A stretch of 63,901 bases of DNA, the filler included, from Atractiella rhizophila (lineage: Eukaryota): assembly GCA_021432655.1 (NCBI GenBank). It is 4 parts of 4 records of this genome, joined end to end, with 100 filler letters (N's around TTAATTAATTAA, not from the genome) between each part and the next. Parts side by side here need not be neighbours in the genome. Positions count along the whole stretch, not along the records: positions 29,614 to 51,003 come from MU271721.1; positions 51,104 to 59,674 come from MU271734.1; 2 more parts are not named here. One strand, 5' to 3'. The number at the start of each line of letters is the position of its first letter. Within the stretch, counting starts at the first letter, position 1. The notes beneath the pieces are model-generated. The model had not been told where the DNA came from. It did no database searches and was given only the letters and a program-made list of their open reading frames with translations. Shown piece after piece: positions 38,033 to 51,984 of this stretch. The position numbers and the translations under genes are program-made.

Positions 38033-38532
38033 CTATGACTTGTTCTTTTTCTTCGTCCCTTTCCTCCGTTCCTCTTCATCCACCACCTCAACCTTCGTCA
38101 TATCGCGCAGTTTCTGCAGGAGCGCCTTAACACATAATTATCATACTACTCTTAATGTCGAGATAATGGGTTGTTCACCTCATAATGAGCTATTTGTTCC
38201 TCCAGCTCCTCCTTCTTTCTTCCCAACTCAACTAGCTCGCCCCTCTTCGCTGCCTTTAACGCGACCCTCGACGCTCCAATATTAACTCTCCCGTTAACAT
38301 CCACAAAGATTCCATCAACGCTAGCTTCGGCCGGTAACTCTTTATCGAGCTGGTCCAATTGATCACAGAATTGGGCAATGGCAGCGGAGGTGAATCGCCC
38401 CTTCAGATCTTTCGCGAAGTCCTTGTTCAGGACGTCGACGGCTTTCTTTTCTTCTTCACTCGCTTCGTCCGGAAGCACAAGGGGGGAAGAAAGAGATTGT
38501 ATGTGGTTTTTAACGAGCCTCTCATAAACCAT
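38033..38532 (-). CDS. Small helical/coiled-coil protein (weakly reminiscent of kinetochore Nnf1)
   Basis: ORF 38152-38589 plus a predicted short intron and last exon ending KGTKKKNKS*; family call is tentative. Confidence 0.45.
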
Positions 38533-38643
38533 GGTTGCAGTACACGTGACTCGCGAAGTAGGGTTAGGAGTTGGGACTTGTTGTTCCACTTTTTGTTTGG
38601 TTCTGGTTGCTCAATCGAGACTCGATACGCGATTACCGTCACG

Positions 38644-41600
38644 ATGTCATACACGCCAGTAACGCTTCCACCAATTGACCTGGACGTCGATGATCCGTAC
38701 GCGTCCCAGCTGTCGGACTATCACCACCGCTACGCGACTTCCCCTCCCCCAACAGCGCCTATCCTTCCACTGCACTCAGGACATCACGATCAGTATGAGC
38801 CAGTAAACATGAATGGGTTCGGAGACAATGGGCCGTGGGAGGGAGACGAGAAAGCGGAGGGGTACTGGGTAGAGCAAGAGGGCTACGCACACGGCATGAG
38901 AGACTATCAGGGCGAACTCATGGATGACGAAAAGGCCGAGCTGCCAGAAGAGAACGCGGGTTGGTATGAAGACCTCGTTGGGGATGTAGTGAGTCCAGAT
39001 CCTATGAGTGCAAAGATGGAAGAAGCTGGGATTTCTGGCGGGCCGCGAATTGCAACAACTATCGAGGAGACAAAGCTGCCAGAAAGCGCGAGTGTACCTT
39101 CGACCGTTAATTTGCATTTCGGACCTGCACCTAAACATCCTATGCTGAGGAGGAACAAGACCAAGAAGCGGATAGCGCTCACGGATGGCAACCTTATCAT
39201 GGACCTTCCCATTCCAACTCGCCTCGCTGGATTCCTGCCACGGAAGGGAGAGGAGGAATTTACAACTATGCGCTATACTGCCGCTACATGTGATGTGCGT
39301 CCTCACGTGTTTATGTTACACAGGTACGAGGGATTTGAGAGCTCATGTTTCTTCGGGTCTCTAGCCGGACAACTACGAAAAGGAACGTTTCACTTTACGC
39401 CCAGCAATGATGAATCGGCATACGGAACTCTTCGTAGGCGTTACGATGTACAACGAGGATGAGATTTTATTTACGCGCACGATGCACGGAATCATGAGTG
39501 CGTACCTACATTCCAACCCTCAACTGAAACATACTAAACAAGAGGAAATAGAAAACATCGCTCACCTTTGTACGCGGGAAAGAAGTCGGACCTGGGGGAA
39601 AGACGGGTGGAAGAAAGTGAGGTCCCTTCCTTTCTCTCTTCGACATAATTTAAGTGACAACATATACAGGTCGTGGTCTGTATTGTGGCTGATGGACGGA
39701 AGAGCATCCATCCTCGAGTTTTGGACTGGTACGTTCCTCAAATGGGGCTTTCCTATGTTCACATTGAAACCTTAGTCTCGCCGCTATGGGAGTTTACCAG
39801 GACGGTGTAGCGAAGAACATGGTAGAGACGCCGAATGGGCAAAAGAAGATCGTCCAAGCACACATTTTCGAATTCACCACTCAGCTCTCCATCGACCCGT
39901 CTCTCAAGTTCAAAGGGCTCGAAAAAGGAATTGTGCCGACCCAGATCATCTTCTGTCTCAAGGAACGAAATGGGAAAAAGCTCAATTCGCACCGCTGGTT
40001 CTTTAACGCCTTCGCTCCGCTGTTGCAACCCAATATCTGCTGCTTGCTCGATGTTGGAACGAAGCCAGCGAACAAGAGTCTGTATTATCTCTGGAAAACG
40101 TTCGATCTCAATAGCAATGTCGCCGGAGCATGCGGAGAGATCAGCGCGATGAAAGGGAAGATGGGACTTGCGCTACTGAACCCTCTAGTGGCTGCCCAAA
40201 ACTTTGAATACAAAATTTCGAGTACGTGTGATCCCCTTTCTAAATCAAGGAAGTATTGAAGATCTCCGCAGATATACTGGATAAACCAACAGAGTCTGTC
40301 TTCGGCTACATCTCAGTGCTTCCAGGGGCTTTTTCCGCCTATCGATACATTGCCCTGCTCAACGACGAACTAGGACGGGGTCCTCTCGCGTCTTACTTCA
40401 AGGGAGAACATCTCGCAGGACACGACGCCGACGTTTTTACAAGCAACATGTACCTGGCAGAGGATCGCATACTCTGCTGGGAACTCGTGGCAAAGAGAGG
40501 AGGGAACTGGGTCCTCAAATATGTCAAGAGTGCAGTGGGGGAAACAGATGTTCCGGACCAGATTCCCGAATTCATTTCGCAGAGGCGCAGGTGTGTAGCT
40601 TGACTTCTCCTGCTTCAAACGGTCCTGATGGGACGGTGTGGTCAGGTGGCTTAATGGATCTTTCTTTGCCGCCATCTATTCAACCGCCAACGTCTTCCAA
40701 ATATTTAGAACGGAACACTCCCTTGCAAGGAAGATCGCTCTCCTTGTGGAAGCGGCGTACAATTTTCTTAACTTGCTCTTCTCTTGGTTTGCATTGGTAT
40801 GCTAGATATCCTGCTTTTTTTTCCGAAGCTGACGATGGGAAAGGCTAATTATTACATCTTCTTTATCATCCTCACCACCTCCCTCGAGTACGACCAATTC
40901 AAGCTCAAACCGATAAAATACATTAATCCACTGCTTCAAGTTCGTATTCTCCCGTTTTAGATCCGTTAATAACAGGTCGAACAGTACCTCTATTCGGGAA
41001 CCCTTATCGCTTGTTTCCTCTTCGCTATGGGCAATCGACCACAGGGTTCAAAGTGGAAGTACCTCATCGCAATGGCAATTTTCTCGATCCTCACAGTCTA
41101 CATGGTTGCGGCTGCTGTCTTCCTGATCGTTAAAGCCGTTAATGGAATGGGAGACAATGCCATTTACGCTCAAATTGTCATATCCGTTTCGGCAACCTAT
41201 GGCGTGTGGTGGGTTGCAAGCTTGCTGGCGTTGGAGCCATGGCACATGAGTATGCGCTCGCTTTCACAATTGAGATGTTTGAAACTGACGACAAGAGAAC
41301 AGTTACTTGCATGGCTCAATACATCCTCTTTGCTCCAATCTACATCAACGTCCTCAACGTCTTCGCCTTCGCCAATCTGCATGACTTTTCGTACGTGGTT
41401 CTTGAAAGGTTCTTATGACCTAACGAGGTGTTAGATGGGGGACAAAGGACCACAATCTCATTCAAACCGACCTTGGAGTTGCCGTTGTCTCTGGTGATAA
41501 AACAGTGGACGTGTCCCTTCCGACCGCGCAGAAGGATATTGGCAAGAGCTTCCGCTGTCTCCCAGGCTCAATCTAATCACTTTGATTAGACGTTACTTAC

Positions 41601-42013
41601 GACGACGCATTACACAAACTGAAAACGCGACCGAAAGTGATTGAAAAGTCGCAAAGCGCGGTGGAGAAGGAAACCATGAAGCAAGATTACTACAAGAACG
41701 TTCGAACAAACGTCCTCCTTGCTTGGGCGCTTAGCAATGGAGTCCTTGCCGCTGGAGTATTGCATGGTGATATCGCATCAACATTCGCTAAAACTGGGGG
41801 AAACACAACGACAAGAATTTGTACGCCTTTCTGCTTGAGCTTTCTGCATGCTTCTAAAAGCGACAAACAACAGACATGATTGTCATTCTCGCCTTCGTAG
41901 CATTGAGTGAGTCGCTTACAATTCCTTCACTTCATGTTAACAGTTGTCTAGTGTCTGTTATCAGATTCGCTGGCTCCACGGTCTACCTTGCTATTCGCCT
42001 CTTCTCAGGTTAA
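38644..42013 (+). CDS. CHS: Chitin synthase, division 1 (class I/II-like), multi-exon
   Basis: [55 protein letters not shown] and QRRRW (split by an intron at ~40591), MGNRPQGSK. Confidence 0.96.
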
Positions 42014-42366
42014 CGGACATCCTTTCTCACCTTCTTCGCATTTCAAGGATTTCTAGTTCCCATTTACCCTACCTTTGCTTTGATCATGCCTCACTCATGC
42101 ACCATGCCCCACCACCAGTTGTAAATAGGAATGTGTATGAATGTCCACGTCCTCTAATGGATTGTAATTTAAGTCAGAACAAGCTTCTAGTCCTTTATGT
42201 GCTGACATCTCGTTCGGTGAAATAGGTATGAAGATTAAGCAAACTCTACAGTTGACTTTTGGACCTGTAGAGGATTGTAAAGGAGGGTAACACAGAATCC
42301 ATGCAGGTTGTGAATAAATAACAACAAAGGAATCTGAGGAAAGGTATAGAGAAAGCAGGTATAAAA

Positions 42367-44685
42367 CTAATTTCCCAAGATGATGTCGGCGGCTCGCAAA
42401 GCGAGCGTGTACACGTAAGGTTGAGTGTGGGCAGTGCTCTGGAGCGGCAAGACACCAGCATCAACGATTCGGAGGTTTTTCGTGCCGTACACTTGCAGTT
42501 TGGGGTTGACGACCCCTCCAGAGGATTGCGGAAGCATTGAGGTGGAACCAATCCAGTGAGAGGCACCTGCAGAAAATCAGCATGGCATGAGAAAAGGTGC
42601 TGAAAAGACCCACCGTAAGATGTCGATTTATACCATTCGAGCCAAGCCCTGGAAACATCGCATCAGCCACAATGGGAAGTAACAGGCATCGACTTACTCA
42701 TAGTCGTTGTCGTCAGCTTGTGAAACTCCTAAGCCATCAACATAGAGCTGAGAGATGAGCGGCTGGAACGCTGAAGTCTTGAACAGGGCTCGGGATTTCT
42801 AAGTGCTGGGTTAGCCTCTATAGAACCGTTATAAAAACGCCTCACAATGGAGACAGTGACGGCGATCAGTTGGTCAAAATAATCGGTCAAGAAACGGGGG
42901 ACAATGATGGGGTTGTCGAAGGGATCGGTCGAGTTAGCATGAACATGCCCTTGTTCACTGTCATCAGCCTGACTTCAACAACAGCGATACACATACCTCG
43001 TGAATAGGGCATCAACGGCCAGAAAATAGGATATGCCAATCCACCAGGATAGGCTTCTCCCACAATTTCAGCGATGGGTTGCTTCTTGTTGACAATCAGA
43101 TCGGTGAGCGCGCCAAGTACCTTCCTAGCACCCTCCAAGTTGGCGAATCCACCGTTGGCGACCATATCCAGAGCTCGAATGTCGAGAGTAGCTTGGAGAA
43201 GAACTTTGAGAGGACCGTCAGCGTTAGGGAACATCTCAGCGAGGCCAGGTAGAGCGATGATCGGCGCAAAGATGTTGACGCCATCGATGTACTCAGTGTT
43301 GTTTGCGACAGCATCAGTGACGAGAGCAGCGAGACCGGTACCCGGCTGATCGTTCAAACCTATGTTGAAACTGTAAGTGAAAGTTTCCGAGTAGGAAGAG
43401 GCATGATACCTTTGCCGACACCTTCCAAGATGACTTGCTTGGTAACGCCAAGTTGAGTAAGAACTTGCTTCGAACCAATACCACTTCGCTGGATGGAAAT
43501 ACTCAGCGTGGGAATAGAAAAACGAAACAGAAGACATACCTCGAGGAGAGGAGCAGATTGAAGGGCACCCGCAGCAAGAATGACTTCTTTCTTCGCAGTT
43601 ACCTTGACTGTTGCAGCTCCCTTGGAGTTTTGGATCTCGAAGCCCACAGCTGTCTTGGTGGAGTCTAGGTTGACGCGGGCAACTCGGTTCTGAACTAGCA
43701 CTGTAAGTGTTCCTGGAAGAGTCTGAGGTGTCTCATTGAACAGGTAAGACCTGGAAGTTGAGAGTTAGCCACAAAATTAAAAAGTTCGGAGTGCGGACCA
43801 TGCGGCGGAGGAGCGACGGTTGATTTGGTTTACTGGATCCCAAAAGATACTCCAGATTGTGTTCGAAAGTACTGAACCATTGCGCTTCGACAGATCGGTA
43901 GAGACTGGGATACCGGGGTAGACATCTTGGAATGCTTCGTGGTAGGTTGCCACCATAGCAGGATTCCGGATAGGGTGAGAGAAACTAGTGTTTGTATTTC
44001 CAGTAGTTGGGCGAGAGGCAGGATCATAGGTGACGTTGTCTGCGAGTTGTGAGGCATCCGGCTTCCAAGACAGTCAACTTGGAAGACGGGTGAGATGTAG
44101 CAAGACTCACAGGGTTAAAGCGTTCGGTTTCGACTAGGTAGGGCAGTAATGTTTGAGAATTCCACCCTGTATTCCCTAGAGATTCCAAAGCGTCGAACTA
44201 GGGAATAAGTCAACCCAAGTCCTGACAACCTCTTCCAACCCCTTACCTCAGCCAACGTGGGACGATAGAAGACCATGCCATTGATGCTCGTCGAACCCCC
44301 GAGGCATCCTTCCAGCGGGTCAGCGGCCAATCTTCGGATGACGGGTGAACTCACGTCCAGCATCCACCAAAGTGGAAAGAGGGGACAAGTCGTCGTCATA
44401 AGCAGTGTATTTCCAATTGCATTGCTCTGCCGTGATTGAACCTCGCAGTTCAGCATTGTTGACAGAATCAAAGTCAATGGGATTTGGACCAGCTTCCACG
44501 ACGAGGACGGTGTTGCCAGCCGCAGACAATTTGTTGGCGACGACAAGTCCAGTGAGACCACCGCCAGCAATGAGGTAATCGAAGGAGGTCGTCGGAAGAT
44601 GGGAGGCTGAGGAAATAATCTGGTAACCTGCCGCGGATGCAGGTGAAAGGAGTGTGGATAGGAGAGGGAACAAAATGAGCAACAT
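42367..44685 (-). CDS. Secreted GMC oxidoreductase (AA3_2, glucose oxidase/dehydrogenase-like)
   Basis: Signal peptide, FDYLIAGGGLTGLVVA, LGGSTSINGM, EVILAAGALQSAPLLE, C-terminal SHWIGSTSM..GGVV..L.VYGTKNLRIVDA..AHTQ (His/His pair). Confidence 0.92.
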
Positions 44686-44903
44686 GATGGCAATTAGAAC
44701 GAGGCGAAGCTACGGAGATGAAGTTAAAGTAACAGAAACACCAAGAGTTGTGGTGTGCCCTGACTCCGTTTGGAGAAAGTCAACGACTTTAAAAGCAAAA
44801 GTCCACCGCAGCAAGGGGGTCCGCCTGATCAAATTTCCTGGCATCAAGAACAGAGGTGGCAAAGAAAGATGCCTGCTTTGGAACCGCTTCCTCAAAACCG
44901 GGA

Positions 44904-46556
44904 AGAGCGATGATCGGCGCAAAGATGTTGACGCCATCGATGTACTCAGTGTTGTTTGCGACAGCATCAGTGACGAGAGCAGCGAGACCGGTACCCGGCT
45001 GATCGTTCAAACCTATGTTGAAACTGTAAGTGAAAGTTTCCGAGTAGGAAGAGGCATGATACCTTTGCCGACACCTTCCAAGATGACTTGCTTGGTAACG
45101 CCAAGTTGAGTAAGAACTTGCTTCGAACCAATACCACTTCGCTGGATGGAAATACTCAGCGTGGGAATAGAAAAACGAAACAGAAGACATACCTCGAGGA
45201 GAGGAGCAGATTGAAGGGCACCCGCAGCAAGAATGACTTCTTTCTTCGCAGTTACCTTGACTGTTGCAGCTCCCTTGGAGTTTTGGATCTCGAAGCCCAC
45301 AGCTGTCTTGGTGGAGTCTAGGTTGACGCGGGCAACTCGGTTCTGAACTAGCACTGTAAGTGTTCCTGGAAGAGTCTGAGGTGTCTCATTGAACAGGTAA
45401 GACCTGGAAGTTGAGAGTTAGCCACAAAATTAAAAAGTTCGGAGTGCGGACCATGCGGCGGAGGAGCGACGGTTGATTTGGTTTACTGGATCCCAAAAGA
45501 TACTCCAGATTGTGTTCGAAAGTACTGAACCATTGCGCTTCGACAGATCGGTAGAGACTGGGATACCGGGGTAGACATCTTGGAATGCTTCGTGGTAGGT
45601 TGCCACCATAGCAGGATTCCGGATAGGGTGAGAGAAACTAGTGTTTGTATTTCCAGTAGTTGGGCGAGAGGCAGGATCATAGGTGACGTTGTCTGCGAGT
45701 TGTGAGGCATCCGGCTTCCAAGACAGTCAACGTGCAAGACGGGTGAGATGTGGGAAGTCTCACAGGGTTAAAGCGTTCCGTTTCGACTAGGTAAGGCAGC
45801 AATGTTTGAGAATTCCACCCTGTATTCCCTAGAGATTCCAAAGCGTCGAACTAGGGAATAAGTCAACCCAAAGTCCTGACAACCTCTTCCAGCCCCTTAC
45901 CTCAGCCAAAGTGGGACGATAGAAGACCATCCCATTGATGCTCGTGGAACCCCCGAGGCATCCTTCCAGCGGGTTAGCGGCCAATCTTCGGATGACGGGT
46001 GAACTCACGTCCGGCATCAACCAAAGTGGAAAGAGGGGACAAGTCGTCGTCGTAAGCAGTGTATTTCCAATTGCATTGCTCTGCTGTGATTGAACCTCGC
46101 AGTTCAGCGTTGTTGACAGAATCAAAGTCAATGGGATTTGGACCAGCTTCAACGACGAGGACGGTGTTCCCGGCCGCGGACAATTTGTTGGCGACGACAA
46201 GTCCAGTGAGACCACCACCAGCAATGAGGTAATCGAAGGAGGTCGTCGGAAGATGGGAGGCTGAGGAAATAATCTGGTAACCTGCCGCGGATGCAGGTGA
46301 AAGGAGCGTGGATAGGAGAGGCAACAAAATGAGCAACATGATGGCAATTAGAACGAGGCGAAGCTACGGAGATGAAGTTAAAGTAACAGAAACACCAAGA
46401 GTTGTGGTGTGCCCTGACTCCGTTTGGAGAAAGTCAACGACTTTAAAAGCAAAAGTCCACCGCAGCAAGGGGGTCCGCCTGATCAAATTTCCTGGCATCA
46501 AGAACAGAGGTGGCAAAGAAAGATGCCTGCTTTGGAACCGCTTCCTCAAAACCGGG
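44904..46556 (-). pseudogene. Tandem partial duplicate of the GMC gene (promoter plus 5' two-thirds; ATG at 46339)
   Basis: Matches 43251-44902 at an offset of ~1653; breaks after IFAPIIALP and lacks the catalytic C-terminus. Confidence 0.85.
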
Positions 46557-47686
46557 TGAGAAACCACGAGCTCGGACGACGATTCCAGATCTGTCTAGAT
46601 CGTTTCCATCGTATTGTGTCATCAAAAAAACAAATCCACAATCAAGGGACATGCTGTTCCTTCCGGCTTTTTTTGAATCGAAATCGAACAACTTCTTGAA
46701 AGCCAAGCGAGAATGAAGAGATTCTGCAGCCGCAGCTGGTTCGTAATTGTGTGATGGGATGGCAACCCATCCAGGAGCGCAAAGTGGAGACTTGATCCAG
46801 TGAACAGAGAGAATGTTAAGAGCTCACTAACTCGAGGAGGCAAGGATGCAAGCGAACTCCTCCATATCCGCCAGTCCACTATTTCGGGGACTGAGGAAGT
46901 TATTAATATACTACAAAATGTCCTGGACTGACAAGATAAAGTTACAGAGGCATCTCAGCTTCAATCAATGCTCCCAACCTTAACCTTGACACGGAAGAAT
47001 TCAAGAACAAGAACAAAACGGAGTCTTCGTTCTCTGTTCCTGTTCCTGTTGCTTCTGCAAGCTGCCTCGGCTGTCTACGCGGCGATATTTGTAGCCTCAC
47101 AGATGCTTTTTACCCGGCCAAGTTCATGCGTTGTCTTGGAGAACAGATGTGACATCAGGCAAGTATTGCTTGTTGAATGATTGAATTGAATCCTAAAACG
47201 TAGAAGGTCGAAGCCAGCATTGAAGGAATGATCACGATTCTGTCGCTGCCACATTCACATTTGTTTTGGGAAGCGAAGGCATGGAGACGAAGGTTGATAT
47301 GAAATCAAGGCAGCTTCTCGGAGGCTCTGAAGACTAAATGAAGTGAGCGATGGTCTGTTGAAAGTGGTCATACTCCGGGTAGTCTCCGCCGGACAGAACA
47401 ACCACGCCAAAATTGACGCCGCGAAGATAGTGGGAACGAAGGCAATTCAAAACAACGCCGAATGGAAAGTCTCCACGCAGCTATGATGACCAAAGATGCT
47501 TGAACACTTGCCCAAACTCGCTGCCGCACCCCCGCCCCGCTTGGGTCCAATGTGTGGCCAGGAGAAATTGCAACGACCTTTATAATCATAACCTCTCCTG
47601 CCCGGTCCTCTTTGGATGTCTCGCCCCCGTTGCTGATTTCGTGTTGTTGAGCAATTTTGAGCAAGATGCCTTTCCATTCACCTCTT

Positions 47687-49582
47687 ATGACCCATGAGGA
47701 GTACGAGCAGTCAAGGCGGCTGCTTGGTGAGTTTCTCTCCACATTGGGATCAGGGAACGTGATTGATTTGTCAATCCTGGTTTGAAGGCCCTTGGCTTAT
47801 AGGTCTTTCACTCGAGTTCATTCTTTATGGCATCCTTCTGGCACAATTTCACACTTGTAAGCAGATTCTTCTTCGCAGTAGCACACAGCTCATGGAACCT
47901 GCCAAGATTATCAGCACTACAAGGACGATCGTCGTTGGCTGAAACTCGTTGTCGCAGGCCTATTTATCATTCAGCTCCTGAAGAGCATTCATTCTTTGTG
48001 AGCATTTCCAAAGCTTCCCAGATTCTCCGCTTGACGGTTTTCCATCAGTGTAACTTGCTGGATCCAATTTGTGGCTTTTTTTACAGTAAGTCTCACTTTC
48101 AACAACAGAACGATTGAGCCCAAACTACTTGCAGGATCTCCAAGGCGCCATTTTCATATCCTACACGGAGTGGTGGCAGAGTGCCTTCACTTTAATAGTA
48201 CGTTTCCCATCCCTTGTTTCTCCTCCCAGCTAACAGACAACAAGGACGCTTCTTGCGGTCTCTATGTGTACGCATTTATCCTCGACCAAACAGCTGCTTG
48301 CAAGGCTGATGAAGCGCGAATGATTAACAGCCAAGCTTACTTCCTATATCGACTATATATAATATGCAGGAGGTGGTGGGTTATCGCGCTCATTGTCGCG
48401 GTCCTCATTTTCTCGTATATTTCCATCATCATCGCGGTCAGTGCAGACTTTAGCTAGTGCGAACTGTCTCACGAACTTGACCATAGACCATCCTCATAAT
48501 GGAAGCCAAGTTCAATCTCATCGCACGCTGGTTCGCTAGCCACTACAGGTGCGCACCGTCCCTTTCACACATCCAAAAGACAGAAACAAACACTTGAATC
48601 TAGCGGTGTGTTAGCAACCGATATCCTTATCGCTGCATGCACAGCTTACTTCCTCCTGACACAAACAAAAAAAGCTGTCATGCCTCAGTAGGATTATATA
48701 TTTATTCCCTTCCAAAACAATCGCTAAGCGTGTACGGTTTCAGGACCCACAACCTCATCTTCGCACTCATCAAACTTTCCATCCAATGCGCTGTTCCAGT
48801 AAGTCTGCTATCCGGATCGCAAGGAATAGAAGTAATTTGACGATTTCAAGGCTGTGATCGTTGCCGCCCTGAATCTCGGTATGTCTGCTCCCTTGATCAA
48901 GAGGAAAAAACATGTCTCATGAACTCGCAGCCTTTTCACAAATGTGAGTCCGCGATTGTCAACAAAAGGCCAACATCTAAAATCTCCCAAAGCTATGATG
49001 GAACTGTAGATTTGACCTCAACAATCTTCAACATGGTTCTTGTCAGGTAGAGTCGATATCTTTGTTCCAAGACCCGATCTAAATGTCGAATGCAGGGTTT
49101 ACGCTTGTTCTATGATGGTACATTCCACCTTTTCGATCATCTACCTCTCTCCCCTAATCACATCCCCGTAGTTTGTACTCAATTCTCGGAAGTCGATCGT
49201 CCGCGCACACGGTACAAGCGCCTCAGAGAGCAGAACGGACAGACTGGCCACTAACACCATTGGGACGCACAAAACAAGGCGTCAAGCGAGGGTTCGCCTT
49301 CATCTCTCTTTCCTTTCACACTTGACCTTATTATTTCGCGCTTTCATCTTAGGATTCTGACCTCGAGCTTGGAGGAGTTCAAATCCATACCGAGATACTT
49401 CAACACACTGAAATGCACGATATCGAGGTAAGTCATCACTTTCAATCTCCGAATTGAATGAGGATTGACATCGACATCTAGCTCCCCAAGATGCACAACG
49501 GCGACTCAAAACAACGTCCAGATCGCCATGACGAACGGGAGTACTCGATCCACGAAAAAGACCTCGATCGCAGTACTGTTGA
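47687..49582 (+). CDS. Multi-exon multi-pass membrane protein (DUF6534-like basidiomycete family)
   Basis: Short exons encode QAYFLYRLYIICRRWWVIALIV, LATDILIA, LIFALIKLSIQCA and LNSRKSI, typical of this family; boundaries approximate. Confidence 0.6.
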
Positions 49583-50001
49583 TATCACTGTACGGTAGTT
49601 TTGGTTGGGATTCATACTTTGTATATGTGAGGTTGGACTGTTGTTTTATCCGTCAGTATCTGGTTCATATATTCACCAGGCGTGATGTTGGGATTCTTGA
49701 TACCAAAAATTTTGTCCTACATCAGTAGTTTATCGTTGCATGGATATCCTCCAATGAATCATTGCACCATTAAACAATTGGAGGGATTGAACCGACCCAC
49801 CCCATGATCCCTAGCATCATGATTAGGCAATAAACTTTTAATCCCTGCGCCAATGTCACTGTCTCTCCATCCTGAATCCCTGTCCATTGAGGCAGAACAC
49901 AGAACACGTGGAGACGCGTTGAGGGCAAGCGCAACGGTCAAACCTTAATAAATTTCCACCTCCTTGCACATTCCCAAACAGCGAATTAATTGGTCGTTAT
50001 C

Positions 50002-50648
50002 ATGCGTCCAACCTACCGTCAGCTCATCAACGTACGCTCTATAGGTGGCCGCAACCTCCCTATCAAGCGGTACCGTGGAGAACTCGAGAAAAAGGTGACT
50101 CTGTTCGAGTCGCTAAACATCTCTAAAGGGAGCAGAATGAATCGCGATAGTGGGCTACCCACGGTTGTTCCTACACTCGTAAGCTTCCCTTACACTCAAA
50201 AGTTGATACATTTGGGCCGAGAATTGATTGAGCCTGTTTTGGCGTTGCTTTCGATAAAAAGGTCTCCTTTCCTAATGTGTCCCCTCCCTCTTCTACCTAC
50301 ATGCACATGTATCGCCCCAATCCTACACCAGAGGTTCCCTACTCTCTCACCCTTTCAACACTGAATCATCCCCTCTGGAACCCTCCACATCCAAAGGCAC
50401 CATTCAAGAGGGTGTCTGCTCTATCTGGTGAAGAAGAAGGGCGTGTGGAAGGTTTCGCGAAGCGATTTGGAGGTGGTGGTGCAGGTGATTTGTTCGCTGA
50501 GGGTGGAGAGACGGCATGGTTAGAGGAGGAAGAGACGGAGGAAATGAGGTTGGCGAAGGAGAAGAGGAAGGAAAGGGAGCGACAGAAGGAGAAGGAGAAA
50601 CAGGACGCTATTAAGGCCGCGCAAGCTAAGAAGAAAGGGAAGAAGTAG
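50002..50648 (+). CDS. Probable mitochondrial ribosomal protein bL31m (MrpL36-like)
   Basis: Arg-rich N-terminus, NHPLWNP...EEGRVEGFAKRFG motif and Lys-rich tail. Confidence 0.5.
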
Positions 50649-51003
50649 ACGTGCGTGCTCACTTTGGATTATTTTATTGGCTTGTTTCTCGTTGGAGAAG
50701 AGAAAATAATACTAGTGATTGCCTGCATTCATGCTGCAGTGTTTGGACTTTCAAGAATACTTGTCAGGGATACGGGAGTGTCAAGTGAATTCATGCACAA
50801 CTTTGGAGTATATTAGTGAGCCGTTGGGGCTGTTATCAGGTTGTGTCCTCCTCAAAATCATGAAGACTTTCCAGAAAATATGGAAACCCCAATGACGGGA
50901 ATTGCAGAACTCTTGCTTGCTTTGCTTCGAAGCACTTGCAACTCAGAGTTCAAACTCGTGTCAGATTATCTACAGCCATCCCACTAAGTTCTGTGCTGCG
51001 GGT

Positions 51004-51103
51004 NNNNNNNNNNNNNNNNNNNNNNNNNNNNNNNNNNNNNNNNNNNNTTAATTAATTAANNNNNNNNNNNNNNNNNNNNNNNNNNNNNNNNNNNNNNNNN
51101 NNN
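51004..51103. other. Artificial contig linker
   Basis: N44-TTAATTAATTAA-N44. Confidence 0.95.
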
Positions 51104-51984
51104 CAGCCTCCGCGCGGCGAATGCTCAAAACACGAATGTCGTCTGTCCCGACCGATTGGACTTCTTGGAGAATGTGAGGGGTCAGAGTCCGTGTGTAGTC
51201 ACGAGTACGCTGTTTGGAGCATGTACTGGGTACGTGTTTCTCTTTGGATTTGACGTCGAAGGGAGAGGGAGCGAGTTTGCTGTTCTGCTGTTGCTGCGAG
51301 CTTTCAAAGTTACTGTTTGCCACTTTCAATTTTCACTCCATATGTTTGCGAAGGCTTCTACGATGCCGTTAATGAGAGCTTGAGGATGTCGAGTGCAGCT
51401 ACTTTTATGTTCTGGCTGACTTGATAATGCTCGAACTTGTGCCGTGGAGATACCTCGTGCCATGTGTGCTAGCGCCTGAGCTTGGTTAGTTGACCAAGGT
51501 GGTTTCGAGATATGTAGGAGGAAAGCAGGCATAAAATTGCATTTCCACTGGCCATCCTTTGCGTTTGCAAGAGTACTTGCGCTCTACGTCGGATTCCGCT
51601 CTGAGCAATTATGTATCCGCATGCTGAGAGAGGAGTCGGCGTATTGAGTACGGTGTCCACAGGACACCGCACCTCTTGCAGCGCTCACTTATTCTTCGTA
51701 TAGAGAGTACAAGGCGAACTTGGCGTTGGTTACTCCTGTGATCTGACCCACATATTTTGTAGAGATGTATTTCAGGGAACAAGAATTACGATATGATGCT
51801 TAGTCCTTTCTGATACACAAGAATGAGAAATACGATGCGCAGTCAAGACTCCTTCTTTTGTTTTCTCATCTTCGAAAAGTTTGGTTCCTGCTGTCATGAA
51901 GGCTATTCAAGGCGCGAGAACGCGTTGTTAAATATTCGAACGATGGAAGACACCCACGCTTGCCGTACAGCAGTGTCCGAGCCT

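Noticed and set aside
16605..42013. Cell-wall gene cluster (GH26, KRE6, PMA1, chitin synthase)
   Set aside because: Chitin synthase is on a different concatenated piece; the remaining adjacency is unremarkable without synteny data.
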